Assembly (NCBI RefSeq): GCF_006345805.1
Contig: NC_043016.1
Span: forward strand, 27,528,001 to 27,592,000
Direction of reading: 5' to 3'
Source: Octopus sinensis
Lineage: Eukaryota
DNA: 64,000 nucleotides
The position numbers were made by a program, and so were the translations under genes. Positions 12,861 through 26,299 of the stretch are shown here, piece after piece. Positions within the stretch are counted from its first letter, which is position 1. Every line of letters begins with the position of its first letter. The notes below the pieces were generated by a model. The model made no database searches. It saw only the letters and a list, made by a program, of their open reading frames with translations, and was not told where the DNA came from.

Positions 12861-13274
12861 TAATGTTTCATAATTAATTTTTATCAGATCTCAACAGTTC
12901 CATACAACATTTTTCATCTGAAGTTTTCTTTCTTCCCTTGTGATCATCATCATCATCGTTTAATGTCCACTTTCCATGCTAGCATGGGTTGGATGATTTG
13001 ACTGAGGTCTGGCGAACCAGATGGCTGCACCAGACTCCAATCTGATCTGGCAGAGTTTCTACAGCTGGATGCCCTTCTGTGACTTTAAATCCTCACTGAA
13101 GTCAAATTTGTCTTTCATCTCTTTGGGGGTTGATAAAATAAAGTACCAATTATGTATTGAAGAGGGATGGGTCAATATAAATAACTATCTTCCTCCACTA
13201 AAATTGCTGGCCTTATGCCATAATTTGAAACATTTATCCTCCTCCTCCTCCTCATCATCATCATCATCATTATC

Positions 13275-13515
13275 AAGGTGATGAGCTGGTAGAACAACTG
13301 TTAGCACTCTGAGCAAAATGCTTAACAGTATTTCATATGCTTTTACATTCTGAGTTCAAATTCTGCCAAGGTCTACTTTACCTTCCATCCTTTTGGGGGT
13401 CAATGAAATAAAAGTACCAGTTAAGCACTGGGGTCAATATAATTGACTACGCCCCTCACCCAAAATTGTTGGCCAAATGCCAAAATGTGAGATTGTTTTA
13501 TTATTATTATTATTA

Positions 13516-13569
<54 letters not shown>

Positions 13570-13785
13570 CATTATTAAGGTGGTGAACTGGCACAATCAT
13601 TAGCATAGGTAAAATGCTTAGCAGCATTTCATTAGTCACTACGTTCTAAGTTCAAATTTTTCCAAGGTCGATTTTGCTTTTCATACTTTCAGGATCAATA
13701 AATTAATTACCAGTTGAGTACTGCAGTTGATGTAATCAACTAGTCCCCTCCCACAAAATTTCAGGCCTTGTGCCTATAGTAGAAA
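13275..13785 (+). mobile_element. Two tandem SINE B copies separated by (ATT)n
   Basis: Heads at ~13275 and ~13577; (ATT)n at 13500-13575. Confidence 0.75.
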
Positions 13786-13788
13786 GTA

Positions 13789-13861
13789 TTATCATCATCA
13801 TCATCATCATCATCAGCAGCAGCAGTAGCAGCAGTAGCAGCAGCAGCTGCTGCAGTAGTAA

Positions 13862-13916
<55 letters not shown>
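13789..13916. repeat. Compound (ATC)n(CAG)n(TAG)n microsatellite
   Basis: Read directly from the sequence. Confidence 0.95.
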
Positions 13917-14545
13917 CCACTGAACATTTCAGTTGATTAGGTGGCAATTTTCTTTCCTTAACTCTCTCTCAAGGACTTTTTAGAGGATTATTACAGAATG
14001 GTGAATGGCGGCTTCCTGTAACTACACAATAGAGGAATCTCAGTTTCATTAGAAACTGCTGGTCTCTTGTGCAACTGTTATTGTTGTTGTTGTTGCAGTT
14101 GTTACCATTGTTTCAACAACAATAGGAATCATCTTCAAACATCAATAGCAATTGTTTCCTTGGTGTTCCCTCAGTTCTAAGGTTAATTTCAAATACTTTA
14201 TAATTTTTTTCTTTCTTTGATTCCATTTTCATTATCATATGGAAAGCGTTGTTGTTGTTGCTGTTGCTGTTGTTGTTGCTGCTGCAGCTGCTGTTGTTTG
14301 GCCTCAAGCTGGATCTAGGATTACTTGCAAGCCAGCCACGGTCATACCATTTTCATTCAGGAATAATTTATCTTGAGTTGTATTAACCAAAAAGTTGTTG
14401 TTGGTGCTGTTTTCTGAGACCTGTAATGTGTGATTTAAGGTATATTTAGCTGCTATTTCAAGTGGGTTAAGCAATCACAAAGAATCTCAGTTGTTTGTTC
14501 AGAATATATGATGTATGAGAATTTCGTCTAACTGACCTTCTTTAA

Positions 14546-14766
14546 CTCTTTAGCATGTAAACCAGTCATATCTGGCCAAAGTATTTCACTTGTTCGATGT
14601 TCAAATTGACCAGATCATGCCTCTCACACCTACCCTACAATATTAGTCTAAAACATATACAGCCACATAATTGAAATCTCAAGGCTACAAGATAATGCAG
14701 GATAAATTCAAAACAATGTGAATGAATAAGTGTTACATTTACAAGAATAATCTAAACGCCAAAGGG
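14546..14766. mobile_element. TTAA-specific MITE
   Basis: TTAA|CTCTTTAGC...CCAAAGGG|TTAA; body matches 10791-11012. Confidence 0.8.
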
Positions 14767-14922
14767 TTAATATAATCACAGCTAATTCCTAAACCTCTTC
14801 TGTCTTGACCACAGTGATACCATATTTCCTAAAATTCACTGAGGAAGAGTATTAGAGTATAAAGTGATGTTAAATAGAGAATATAACATTAAAACAGCAC
14901 ATAATCTGTGTTATTGCATATT

Positions 14923-15550
14923 TTTTACTTGTTTCAGACATTAGACTATGGCTATAGCTGAACAAATCAATTCAATTAACTATTTTTTCTTTTAAAGCCT
15001 GGTACATATTCTATTGGCCCATTTTGCCAAACCACTAAGTTATGGGAACATAAACAAACCAACACAGGTTGTCAATTGGTGGTGGGAGACAAACACACAC
15101 TCATACATATGTGTGACAGGCTTTTATCAGTTTCTTATTTCTTTACTACCCACAAGGGGCTAAACACAGAGCGGACAAACAAAGACAGACAAACAGATTA
15201 AGTCGATTATATCGACCCCAGTGCATAATTGGTACTTATTTAATCAACCCCAAAAGGATGAAAGGAAAAGTTGACCTCGGCAGAATTTGAACTCAGAACG
15301 TAGTGACAGACGAAATACTGCTAAGCATTTCGCCCGGCATGTTAACGTTTCTGCCAGCTCGCCGCCTTTTATCAGTTATCAGATAAAAGCCTTTTATCAG
15401 GCTTCTTTCAGTTTCCATCTACCAAATCCACTCACAAGGCTTTGATTGACCCAAGGCTGTAGCAGAAGACACTTGCCCATGGTGTCACGCAGTGAGACTG
15501 AACCTGGAACGATGTAGTTGGGAACCAAACTTCTTATCATATAGCCACTG
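14923..15550 (-). mobile_element. SINE A with a nested SINE B (~15135-15368)
   Basis: The two halves of SINE A flank a complete minus-strand SINE B. Confidence 0.7.
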
Positions 15551-15873
15551 GTAATTTTAATCCATGATCTGTCTTCTCATTCCTTTTATATTCATTGTTC
15601 TGCCTCATTGCATTCCTCTTGAATGCCAACTCTAGCAAGACCACTGCTAGTTCTAAGATGCAAACTTCCTGTTTTAAAATTATCTTAAAGCTGTCCTTTA
15701 GGATTTCATGTTTCCATTGATACTCTAAACTCCATATTAACAACAAAGTTATTTTATCAAATTCTTCATTATAGGCAGTGAGCTGCCAGAAACGTTAGCA
15801 CACCGGGAGAAATGAAAAACGGTATTTCGTCTGTTTTTATGTTCTGAGTTCAAATTCCTCCGATGTTGACTAT

Positions 15874-16280
15874 TAGGAGTGGCTGTGTAGTAAGTAGCTT
15901 GCTTACGATGCACATGGTTCAGGGTTCAGTCCCACTGCGTGGCACCTTGGACAAGTGTCTTCTACTGTAGCCTCGGGCCGACCAAAGCCTTGTGAGTGGA
16001 TTTGGTAGATGGAAACTAAAAGAAGCCTGTCGTATATATGTATATATATGTATGTATGTGTGTGTATATGTTTGTGTGTCTGTGTTTGTACCCCCAACAT
16101 CACTTGACAACCGATGCTAGTGTGTTTATATCCCTATAACTTAGCGGTTATAGAGACCGATAGAATAAGTACTAGTCTTACAAAGAATAAGTCCTGGGAT
16201 TGATTTGCTCGACTAAAAGCAGTACTCCAGCATGGCCACAGTCAAATGACTGATACAAGTAAAAGAGAGAGAAAAGAGAG
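15874..16280 (+). mobile_element. SINE family A, full length
   Basis: Matches 283-717. Confidence 0.85.
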
Positions 16281-16503
16281 AAAGAGTATTATTTTCAAAA
16301 TCAACTGAAACAAAGGTAATATATAACAAAAGTGTTAAAGTGATATAAATTAAATACTTCCATTAAAATTTTATGTTAATTTATGTTCTAAACACCAGTT
16401 TAATAATTACAAGGATATTTTATGAAATTCTTCATTATTTTCAAAATCAATTAAAACAAAGGCAGTGTATGCCATCAGAAATATGGTAACAGAATGGTTA
16501 ACT

Positions 16504-16735
16504 AAGGTGGCGTGCTGGCAGAAACATTAGCATGCCGGGCGAAATGATTAGCGGTATTTCGTCTGCCGCTATGTTCTGAGTTCAAATTTCGCTGATGTCG
16601 ACTTTGCCTTTCATCCTTTCGTGGTTGATTAAATAAGTACCAGTTATGTACTGGGGTCGATATAATTGACTTGATACCTTTCTCTGTCCTTGTTTATCCC
16701 CTTTATGTTTAGCCCCTTGTGGGCAATAAAGAAAT
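16504..16735 (+). mobile_element. SINE family B, full length
   Basis: AAGGTGGCGTGCTGGCAGAA head through CAATAAAGAAAT end. Confidence 0.85.
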
Positions 16736-17637
16736 ATGAAGGGTTAACTTTGGCACTGTTTTTGGTGGAGAACCATAATCATCTGAAAATAATTACATGA
16801 CTTGTACTTATTGACTCCTCAAGGAGGGAAGACAAAGTCAACATTTTGGGGTTTGAACTAAGAATAAAAAAAGTGATGTATTAGATACAGCCCTCTACCA
16901 TCACTACAATTCCTACACCACTACCTTCCACCACCAGCATCACCTCCATCCTCAGCACCACTACCAAAACCACAACAACAGCAACAACAGCATCATATAT
17001 GCTAGATTAGATGATTAATACTTTTATCCACTAACGATATTCGCTTACTTTAGGCTAAGTTTTATTATTTGTTTTATTCTTTATGCTAGCTTTTATTTAT
17101 TTTTTTTCTAATCTTTTTATTGAACCACATTAATTGTAATTCTTTGCTCTTGTGAAGCCATTGTAAAGATTTCTGTTTCTCTTTATAATCTTCCATGTTT
17201 GTTCATCTCCAGTTATTGTATACCTGAAAAACTTCACATATAACAATGTTCTTTCCTAGATTTACATTCTACATTATTCATTTTCTGTTGCTTGAATTCC
17301 TTTTCTGTCTCTCTGTGTATTCTCTATTGATCAATATGGCTGCACCATAAAATTCTTTTTGCTTTTTCTAACATATTTCTCTGCTTGAATAATAGCTAAA
17401 TTTGTTGTATTATGATGTAACCCTCTGCCTTCTTCTTTTATTGGTATCTGTTGCTCACAAGCAGCAGTTTTTACAAGCTTCTATGCTACAATTCCTCAAA
17501 CATAAGTTATGGCCTTCAGAACTCATTTGAGAACCATTCACCCACAAACAAAACTTCTGCAAGATGACTATCAGGGAGCAGAGAGCAATGTTCTTATGCC
17601 TTGTAGCTTACAAGCTCTTTCTCTTTTCTTTTTCTTT

Positions 17638-17883
17638 ATACATACATATGTACATACATGTGTATATACACATATACATACACTTGTACATATACATATA
17701 TATATATGTATATAAATCTATAAATCTATATCTATATCTATATATATATATGGAGAGAGAGTGATAGACAGATAGATATAGATATAGATATTGATATACA
17801 TATATAATATACACACGCACAGCATACATACATTTACATATATACACATACGCGTACATATATATACATGTATACATATATAA

Positions 17884-17928
<45 letters not shown>

Positions 17929-18131
17929 TACATATATATATATATATACGTATAAATATATATATATACACATATATATATATACAAGCACACACACACA
18001 TGTATACATATACAAATGCATACATACATACATACATACATACATACATACATACATACATACATACATCATACATACATACATACATACACATACATAC
18101 ATACACTCATGCATACATACATACACATATA
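17638..18131. repeat. Compound (TA)n/(CATA)n microsatellite
   Basis: Read directly; source of the spurious YI/MYVC ORFs. Confidence 0.95.
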
Positions 18132-18640
18132 TTCACCCACCTCTGATCTCTTGCTAAAAGGATCACTACTTGCTTTTTACTTTGAGGAATTCTTTTACCC
18201 ACTGTGTTCCATAATTCAAATAGAATTGCAAGCAGTACCAGCAGAGATAAAGCTTCTCTTTTCTCTACCTACTTTGATGCTTAACAAACTCTGCATACAC
18301 AGTTAAAATCTTGCCAAAATTTACTTCTTGATCCCATCATCTTTACTACTAAGAAATATTTTCCATAACTCAATAAGACTTGGAATAATACCACTTTTGA
18401 TTTTTAATTTCAGTCAGTGATTCTTTGCCACAGATCACTGGATCAACTAACTGTTGGCTTTTATATTTCCTTTCATTCCACCATGGATGCCAAATATTTT
18501 CAAACCCTCAAAAATCCAAGAATGAAGTGATTATATCATTAGTTTAGCTTTCCAATAGTTAATTCAGCTCATTCTTAGATTCGTGTATTCTTATTTTCCT
18601 TGATATACCATTCTGTTAATATATATTACTAATGAAAAGT

Positions 18641-19029
18641 GGAGGCGCAATGGCCCAGTGGTTAGGGCAGCGGACTCGCGGTCATAGGATCGCGGTTTCG
18701 ATTCCCAGACCGGGCGTTGTGAGTGTTTATTGAGCGAAAACACCTAAAGCTCCACGAGGCTCCGGCAGGGGATGGTGGTGATCCCTGCTGTACTCTTTCA
18801 CCACAACTTTCTCTCACTCTTACTTCCTGTTTCTGTTGTACTTGTATTTCAAGGGGCCGGCCTTGTCACTCTCTGTGTCACGCTGAATATCCCCGAGAAC
18901 TACGTTAAGGGTACACGTGTCTGTGGAGTGCTCAGCCACTTACACGTTAATTTCACGAGCAGGCTGTTCCATTGATTCGGATCAACCGGAACCCTCATCG
19001 TCGTAACCGACGGAGTGCTTCCAAAATCC
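18641..19029 (+). mobile_element. tRNA-derived SINE family D with TSD
   Basis: A box TGGCCCAGTGG, B box GGTTTCGATTCC; imperfect ~16 bp direct repeat ATTACTAAYGAA..GT on both sides. Confidence 0.85.
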
Positions 19030-19350
19030 ATTACTAACGAATATGTCAGATGATCATTTATATTCTAGAAGCATTATTAGACTTTTCTTCTGTTTCTCAA
19101 CTTCTGTGAAGTAATATATCTCATCAGTTACCAATGCTGACAGTCATTTACATACAAATAGCAGTGCCCAGCACAATAGCAACCTTTAGGTTGGAATACA
19201 TAAAGGAAAAGGAATAAAGAAATGCACAGTAAATGTGCAATATACCCGATGTTGTTTGTTTCAGCTATTTTTGACCTTATCTTTCCACATAAGAATTGTT
19301 CCCCCTGCTTCTTATCCATAATTGGTAGCTGGAAACTAGAAATAGCCTGT

Positions 19351-19386
<36 letters not shown>

Positions 19387-19544
19387 TAACACACGCATAT
19401 ATATAACGGACTACTTCTAGTTAAAAAATTAATAATGCAGGTTGATAGTTAATATTATTACCTGGTATTTCAGGTAATATGTATTAAGTTTTTTTTTAAA
19501 TTTTAAAGTATTTGTGTGTGTGTGTGTATATATATATGTATATA

Positions 19545-19590
<46 letters not shown>

Positions 19591-19615
19591 ATATATAATA
19601 TATATATATATATAT

Positions 19616-19781
19616 CATGACTTCATAATTTGAAACTGACTTATTGGAAGTCCACCTGAAGATTGTCGATCAAGACAAGAAACGATTGTAGTGGCGGTTT
19701 TTTTGACTATTTATTAAAATTTTATGTATTGATTAAGTCTTTCCTTGTTTGTTTTGCAAAATAGTGGTTTTGTCTCTAATA

Positions 19782-19790
<9 letters not shown>
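19616..19790 (+). mobile_element. Penelope-like terminus in (TA)n
   Basis: Short unique segment between TA tracts, with a hammerhead followed by ATTAAA and a T-rich tail. Confidence 0.7.
19652..19694 (+). ncRNA. Minimal type-I hammerhead ribozyme
   Basis: CCAC CUGAAGA UUGUC-GAUCAA-GACAA GAA AC-GAUU-GU A GUGG: full core, 4 bp stem I, 5 bp stem II, GUA cleavage triplet. Confidence 0.85.
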
Positions 19791-19820
<30 letters not shown>

Positions 19821-19821
19821 C

Positions 19822-20090
19822 AGTTATATGACTTTCTGAAGGATAGAAGTCAGGCAGTAGTGACCAATGGAAGCCACCTCAAAGAAAACAAAAATAGTGA
19901 ACGATGTTGCACACCTGCAGCAAGAGTTGGACTCAATTTACAGATGGGCTGAGGACAATAATATGCAGTTTGATGCTGAATAATTCCAATACCCTGCACT
20001 ACCAGCGTCTGCAAGGGATTACAATCCCAGAACTTAAATTAGTGAGGGACCTGGGTATCGACATGAGTGATGATACCTCTTTCCACAAAC
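19822..20090 (+). pseudogene. CR1-type RT fragment
   Basis: LYDFLKDRSQAVVTNG and LQQELDSIYRWAEDNNMQF motifs. Confidence 0.6.
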
Positions 20091-20099
20091 ATATATATA

Positions 20100-20276
20100 T
20101 ACACATATATACGACAGGCTTCTTTCAGTTTCCGTCTACCAAATCCACTCACAAGGCTTTGATCGGCCCGAGGCTATAGTAGAAGACACTTGCCCAAAGT
20201 GCCACACAGTGGGACTGAACCTGGAACCATGTGGTTGGTAAGCAAGCTACTTACCACACAGCCACTCCTGTGCCTA
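20100..20276 (-). mobile_element. SINE A, 5' half
   Basis: Reverse complement of the SINE A head. Confidence 0.8.
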
Positions 20277-20285
20277 TAAAAGGAA

Positions 20286-20378
20286 TCTCACAAGACAGAT
20301 TCGAACCACTGACCTAAGGATAACAGACATGATTTACCATGTTACAGTCCTCTGCTCTACCAACTGAGCTATTACGAG
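20286..20378 (-). tRNA. Intron-containing tRNA-Tyr(GTA)-like gene, probably a pseudogene
   Basis: CTCGTAA TA GCTCAGTTGGTAGAGC A GAGGA CT GTA A [20 nt intron 20322-20341] A TCCTT AGGTC AGTGG TTCGAAT CTGTC TTGTGAG A; C1-G72/A73 present; T-stem mismatched. Confidence 0.8.
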
Positions 20379-20651
20379 ACACACATGAAGTATTTCTTTA
20401 TTTGCTGTGAGTATGTGGTATGTCATTGACCACAGACAGATCCTCAGAGAAGAGAACACAATATGTAGGATTTAACTTGGAAAACTGAGCAACATGAAGT
20501 TCATGAGCTGATGTTTGCAAATTATACAATTAACAGAACACATCAGCTGTACTCAAACTTCTTATTCTTGTGGTTCACTTTAAAGTAAATAAAAATATTC
20601 TGGTTTTATTGGAAATCAGAGTAAGAAATGTATTAAAGAGCAGTATTCGCA

Positions 20652-21030
20652 CAGGCATGGCTGTGTGGTTAAGAAGCTCCCTTTACAACCACATGATTTT
20701 GGGTTCAGTACCACTGTGTGGCACCCTGGGCAAGTGTCTTCTACTATTTCCCTGGGCTATGAGTGAATTTAGTAGGTGTAAACTGAGTGGAAGCCCATCA
20801 TATATATGTATTGCATATATGTGTGTGTTGTTTGTTTACACCACACTGCTTGATGACTGGTGCTGGTTTGTTTACATCCCTGTAATTTAGCATTCCAGCA
20901 AAAGAGACTGATAGATAAGTAGCAGACTTTAAAAAATAAGCACTGGGCTCAACATGATCAACTAAACCCTTAAAAGCAGTGCTCCAGCATGGGAGTAGTC
21001 CAATGATTGAAATAAGTGAAAAATAAAAGA
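20652..21030 (+). mobile_element. SINE family A, diverged
   Basis: Head and 3' half recognisable. Confidence 0.7.
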
Positions 21031-21218
21031 AATGTATAAAAAAGAGATATTTTAGTTTATAATGAAATATAAAATATAATTATGTGAGCATAATTTCATA
21101 TTCTTTTGACCTGTAACACAAGGAACTTTTTTCTTTTGTATTTGGTATTATTAAAGGAAACCACAATACATGGAAAGAAATATAAAAGTTTGTATCAGGT
21201 AATTTTTCTTTTTTTAAT

Positions 21219-21762
21219 TCCAATTTTTAAAGGAAAGAAAAAGGTCAATAAATACTTGCCATTACATTTTTAATCAACCAAATTTGAACCATTTTGTTGC
21301 ACAATGCATCTCCACCTTTCCTTGAACTTGAAAATACCCTCTTCCCAGAACTGAGGTGGTTTCATGACAAAGAATTCATCAAGGTATCTTTTTACGTCAT
21401 TCAAGGAATTGAAATTTTTACCATTAAGACTATTCTGCAGATACATGAATAAGTGGAAATCCGAAGGAGCAATATCTGGTGAATATGGAGGGTGGGGGTA
21501 ACACATCCCAGCTGAGCTGCAGCAATTTTTGTCTGGTTCCCAAAGCATCAAGTGCCGAAAATGAACTTTCTTATCTTCCTTTTAAAGGGTTACAGAATTA
21601 ACACAGGTTATAGGAACATAAACCTTCTTCCACGAAAAGATAGTTTAAACTGTGCTCTAAATGGAGGTGTAGTCAAATCCTATTTTATGGACTCAACCAT
21701 GTTCTAAAATAAGTCAAAAGGTAAGCTACTATAAATCAGCATGAACTTTCCGGACAACCCAA
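21219..21762 (-). mobile_element. Second copy of the internally deleted mariner
   Basis: Near-identical to 3255-3820 including the deletion junction; one TIR lost. Confidence 0.9.
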
Positions 21763-22876
21763 TAGTTTGGTCCCACTGAAGGGTTCTGTCCCTGGCCTTC
21801 TTGTTTCCTCTAAGATTGGTGAGATTAATATCACTAAGCAAATATTAATGCTATTTTTGGACAAGAACATTATAATAAATATTACAGAATATTTTTCACA
21901 TTTTACATTAAAAATTTTTTGTTGTCAGTTACAAAAATAACAATTTAGCACGCCAGGCAAAATGCTTAGTGGCATTTCGTCCGTCTTTACGTTCTGAGTT
22001 CAAATTCCACAAAGGTCAACTTTGCTTTTCATCCTTTCAGAGTTGATAAAATAAGTTGAGTAGTGGGGTTCATCAAATCAATTTATCCCATCCCTAAAAT
22101 TTTGGGCCTTGTGTTTATAGTAGAAAGGACTGTTTAATTAGAAAAAGTGATCTTATCACTCAAATTTTTACATAAATTTCTTTGGTGCTTTCTAAAAAAA
22201 AAAAATTTTTTTTAAATTTAAGTCCTTGCATTCAAATAGTAAAATTCTCATATTTTTCATTGCAATATTGTACCTAATTGTCCTTAAATGAATGAAATGG
22301 CGCGAAGTACTGCCTAACCTTCCATTCCGGTATTATTAAAGTTGACATGTTTACAGTTATATTTCCTACATTTATAATTTCAGTTTTGTATTTTTTCCTA
22401 TACTTTTTTTTTTTATTATTATAATGATCATCTTTGAGACATGCAGCAAACTATGTCTCATGATACACCCATGTGCTGCAGAATGCAGTTCAGGGACTGC
22501 CGATATAATGTGTGTGCAATGAAGTTAGGTTGTGTTTTATTGTGTGGGGTCATTGTGTAGAATATGTGCTCTGCTCTGTGAGTTGTGTTGTAGCACTGAG
22601 TGTTGCATGTGATGAGTGTGCGTTGTATTGTGGTGACTGTGTGGAGTAGGCACTGGCATGGCTGTGACGTAAGAAGCTTGCTTTCTAACCACGTGGTTCT
22701 GGGTTTGGGAATATAGTGTCTTCTACTATAGACTTGGGCTGACCAAAGCCTTGCAAGTGAGTAAGTGGATTTGGCTGACAAAAACTGAAAGAAGTCGTCC
22801 ACCATGTGTGTGTGTGTGTGTGTGTGTTTAGGTATGTGCGTATTTAGGTGTGTGTGTGTATGCATTTAGGTGTGTA

Positions 22877-23513
22877 CTAGCAGTATCGCCCGGCGTTGCT
22901 TGGGTTTGTAAGGGAAATAACTATATAAGCATTTTTAGAGAGTTATAGCCAAAAAATAGCCAAAAATGCATTAAAAATGGAAATAATATGATGGTAATTT
23001 TTTTTAAAAATCGTTGACTCATCGTAGACATTTTTAGAGAGTTACTTCCCTTATATAATAGCGAAAAAATGCATTAAAATGGAAAAAAAACGATGGTAAT
23101 TTTTTTTTTAAATTGTAGACTCATGTAGACGCTTTCTTAGCCATTTCTGTTTTGGTGTCTTCAAGCCATGAAGTCGTTGTTCTAAAAGAACGCTGGTCTC
23201 CTTGACAACGCATTACGACGTTGATTTCCTTACACTCCCTTCCCCACAGGTGCAGGTGTGAGCGTGGACGCCAACTCCGCCGCCATCGACACACGAAAAA
23301 TTATGCATTAAAATGGAATAAAAAATTATGTTAAATTATTTTTAAAATCGTAGACTCATCGTAGATGCGCGCTAATACTCAGACGGACTCGATATGAATC
23401 ACGACTATAAGCTACCTGAATTTGGTTAAACTGCACCGCAAAATGTGGGAGTAGTTAGGAATCTAAATGGAAGGGGACAGACACTCACACAACTACAGTT
23501 TTATATATATAGA
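22877..23513 (-). mobile_element. Non-autonomous Helitron-like element
   Basis: Minus strand starts TCTATATATATAAAA and ends with a GC hairpin plus CTAG; second copy at 57702. Confidence 0.75.
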
Positions 23514-23526
23514 TATACATAGCGCA

Positions 23527-24122
23527 GAAGTGGTGAGATGTGACAGCAAAGAAAAGCATACATTCACTCCCTGCATGCAATTAGACTCGGAAAGTTCGTG
23601 AGGAACCCATTGACCCAATTTGCTGACTTTTCCGATAGCACACAGGTCTGAATGAATGGTTGAATGACCAAATCCAAGCTTCTCTGCTAGTTCCTCAACA
23701 GTTACGATGAGATTTTGTTCCACCAGGGTTTTCAGGATGTCCTTGTTGAGTTCTACAGATCTTTCAGGATGAGGCTCGTCTTCTAGGCTGTAGTTTATGG
23801 CTCAGAATTTCTGGAACCACCATTGACACTGCCTTACGCTTATTGTCCAATCCCCATATACTGCATTAATATTTCTTGTACTTTCCGTTGCGTTGTTGTC
23901 TTTATTGAACTCATAAAGCAAAATATGCCAAATATGCTCCTTTGTTACTTCCAATATAGCTTTGAAAAAAATAGCTGTTAAAATCGAAATGCACTCTTCA
24001 AAACTTGCACTATGAATAAGGACAAGATAAAATTACTACCTGCTTTTATAGCAAGTTAATATAAGTGGTTTATCCCATTCCCCTCTGACTTTTAGTTCAA
24101 GCTGTTGAAAAAACCGCATTAT
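23527..24122 (-). pseudogene. Mariner 5' fragment
   Basis: VEELAEKLGFGHSTI...LGQWVPHEL; same family as 47138-48369. Confidence 0.85.
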
Positions 24123-24484
24123 TATATATATACATACATACATACATATACACACACACTCTCTCTCTCACACACATGCACACATTTATATTCTGTTATT
24201 CTTTTATATGTTTCAGCCTTGAGGTTGTGGCCATGCTGGATCATGTGTGTGTGTGTGTGTGTGTCTATCTGTCTGTCTGTCTGTATGTATATATGTATAT
24301 GTATGTGTGTGAACAATAATATTTTCAACAGATGTGTTGCAAATGTATCTGATTGTTCTCAAGCTTCAATACTGTGTGTGTGTGTATGTGTGTGTGTGTG
24401 TATGTATGTATGTATATGTATGTATGTATATGTATGTATGTGTGTATGTATGTATGTGTGTGTGTATGTATGTGTGTGTGTGTA

Positions 24485-24515
<31 letters not shown>

Positions 24516-25462
24516 GTGTGTGTATGTATGTATGTATGTATGTATGTATGTATGTATGTATGTATGTATGAGTGTATGTTTACTTTATTACTAACACAAG
24601 CCACTACGGTTATTTAATGTAAAGTCTTCCTCAAATCACTCTCTGTCGCTATTTACTCTCTTCCAAGAACATTTTCACTCACTCTTATGTGTTAGCTTCC
24701 CATATATTTTACTCATGTATCTATCAGCGTCATAGACAGAAACAAATATTACATCTAGTTTCACTTTATTCGTTGCACACTGTGTGTGTGCGTTTGCGTG
24801 TGGTGTAAACCAGACTAAGAAAAGCATTTGACACACACACCAGAATGTGAGTTTTCTGTAAATTTTGCTTAATTGGAGTTTAAATTTTAAAAAGTGGACC
24901 TGGCATGACGCGATGCATTGTACTCTTAAAAATGCTAGGTAAATTGTAATTGAAGAAATCCTATATTGTAGATTTCTATAACTCCCAAAGGGAGGCAGAT
25001 AAAATCTGCCTTTTATAATAAGAGATGTGTTGGTGCATGTGTGTGTAGGTGTGTGTGTGTGTGTCTTTGTGTCTGTGTTTGTCTCCTACCACCCCTTGAC
25101 AATTGGTGTTGGTGTGCTTACATCCTCATAACTTAGCAGTTTAACAAAATAGACAGATAGAATAAGTACCAGGCTTAAAATAAAAATAAGTACCGGTGCT
25201 GATTTGTTCAACTAAAATTCTTCAAGGTGGTGCCCCAGCATGGTCACAGTCTAAAAAAACAGTATCTGTTGTAGGGATTGTAATGTTCTGGTGTACTCTG
25301 CTAATATATTTTTAAAATATATTAAGAAAAGATGTCCAACCAATGCTAGCATGGAAAGCGGACATTAAACGATGATGATGATGATTTGCATTCCAAGGCA
25401 GTACCCCAGCTTGGCCACACTCCAATGACTGAAACAAATAATATATATATATATATATATAT

Positions 25463-25864
25463 AGGCGCAGGAGTGGCTGTGTGGTAAGTAGCTTGCTAAC
25501 CAACCACATGGTCCCGGGTTCAGTCCCACTGCGTGGCATCTTGGGCAAGTGTCTTCTGCTATAGCCCCGGGCCGACCAATGCCTTGTGAGTGGATTTGGT
25601 AGACGGAAACTGAAAGAAGCCTGTCGTATATATGTATATGTATGTAAGTGTGTGTGTATATGTTTGTGTGTCTGTGTTTGTTCCCCTAGCATTGCTTGAC
25701 AACTGATGCTGGTGTGTTTACGTCCCCATCACTTCGCGGTTCGGCAAAAGAGACCGATAGAATAAGTACTGGGCTTACAAAGAATAAGTCCCGGGGTCGA
25801 TTTGCTCGACTAAAGGCGGTGCTCCAGCATGGCCACAGTCAAATGACTGAAACAAGTAAAAGAG

Positions 25865-25865
<1 letters not shown>
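25463..25865 (+). mobile_element. SINE family A, full length and CpG-rich (young)
   Basis: GGCGCAGGAGTGGCTGTGTGG head through GTAAAAGAGT end. Confidence 0.9.
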
Positions 25866-25902
<37 letters not shown>

Positions 25903-26299
25903 GATTCATTTGTACACGTGTGTGAATATGTATAGGTGGTCGGGTGTGTATGTATATAGATGTGTGCGGGTATGTACATATATGGTTTTACGCTTTGTAT
26001 ACTTCTTCATGTTTTTTCTGTATTGTTGTTTTTTTCTGTATTGTTACCTTTAACCATGTTTTTTCTTGTGCTTATGCGTATATAGACGTATGTATGAACC
26101 TTTACGGTACGCGTGTGTGTGTGTATGAGTTTGTATATATATATATATATGCGTATACATTTGGTTTGTATATATATATGCGTATACATTTGGTGAAAAA
26201 TGCAAGTGAAGATGTGTACGTTTTCATAGTGATGTATACGTACGCACGTGGATGCGCGAGCGCACATGTGAGCGTATGAGTAGCCATGCTTACGTGTTT

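Noticed and set aside
14300-14426. Minus-strand exon with an Asn/Gln-rich frame
   Set aside because: Early stop; resembles an old repeat with a (CAA)n tail also seen near 6.9 and 7.3 kb.
17608-18306. Long YI/MYVC/HTYI ORFs here and throughout the window
   Set aside because: They are translations of stop-free microsatellites.
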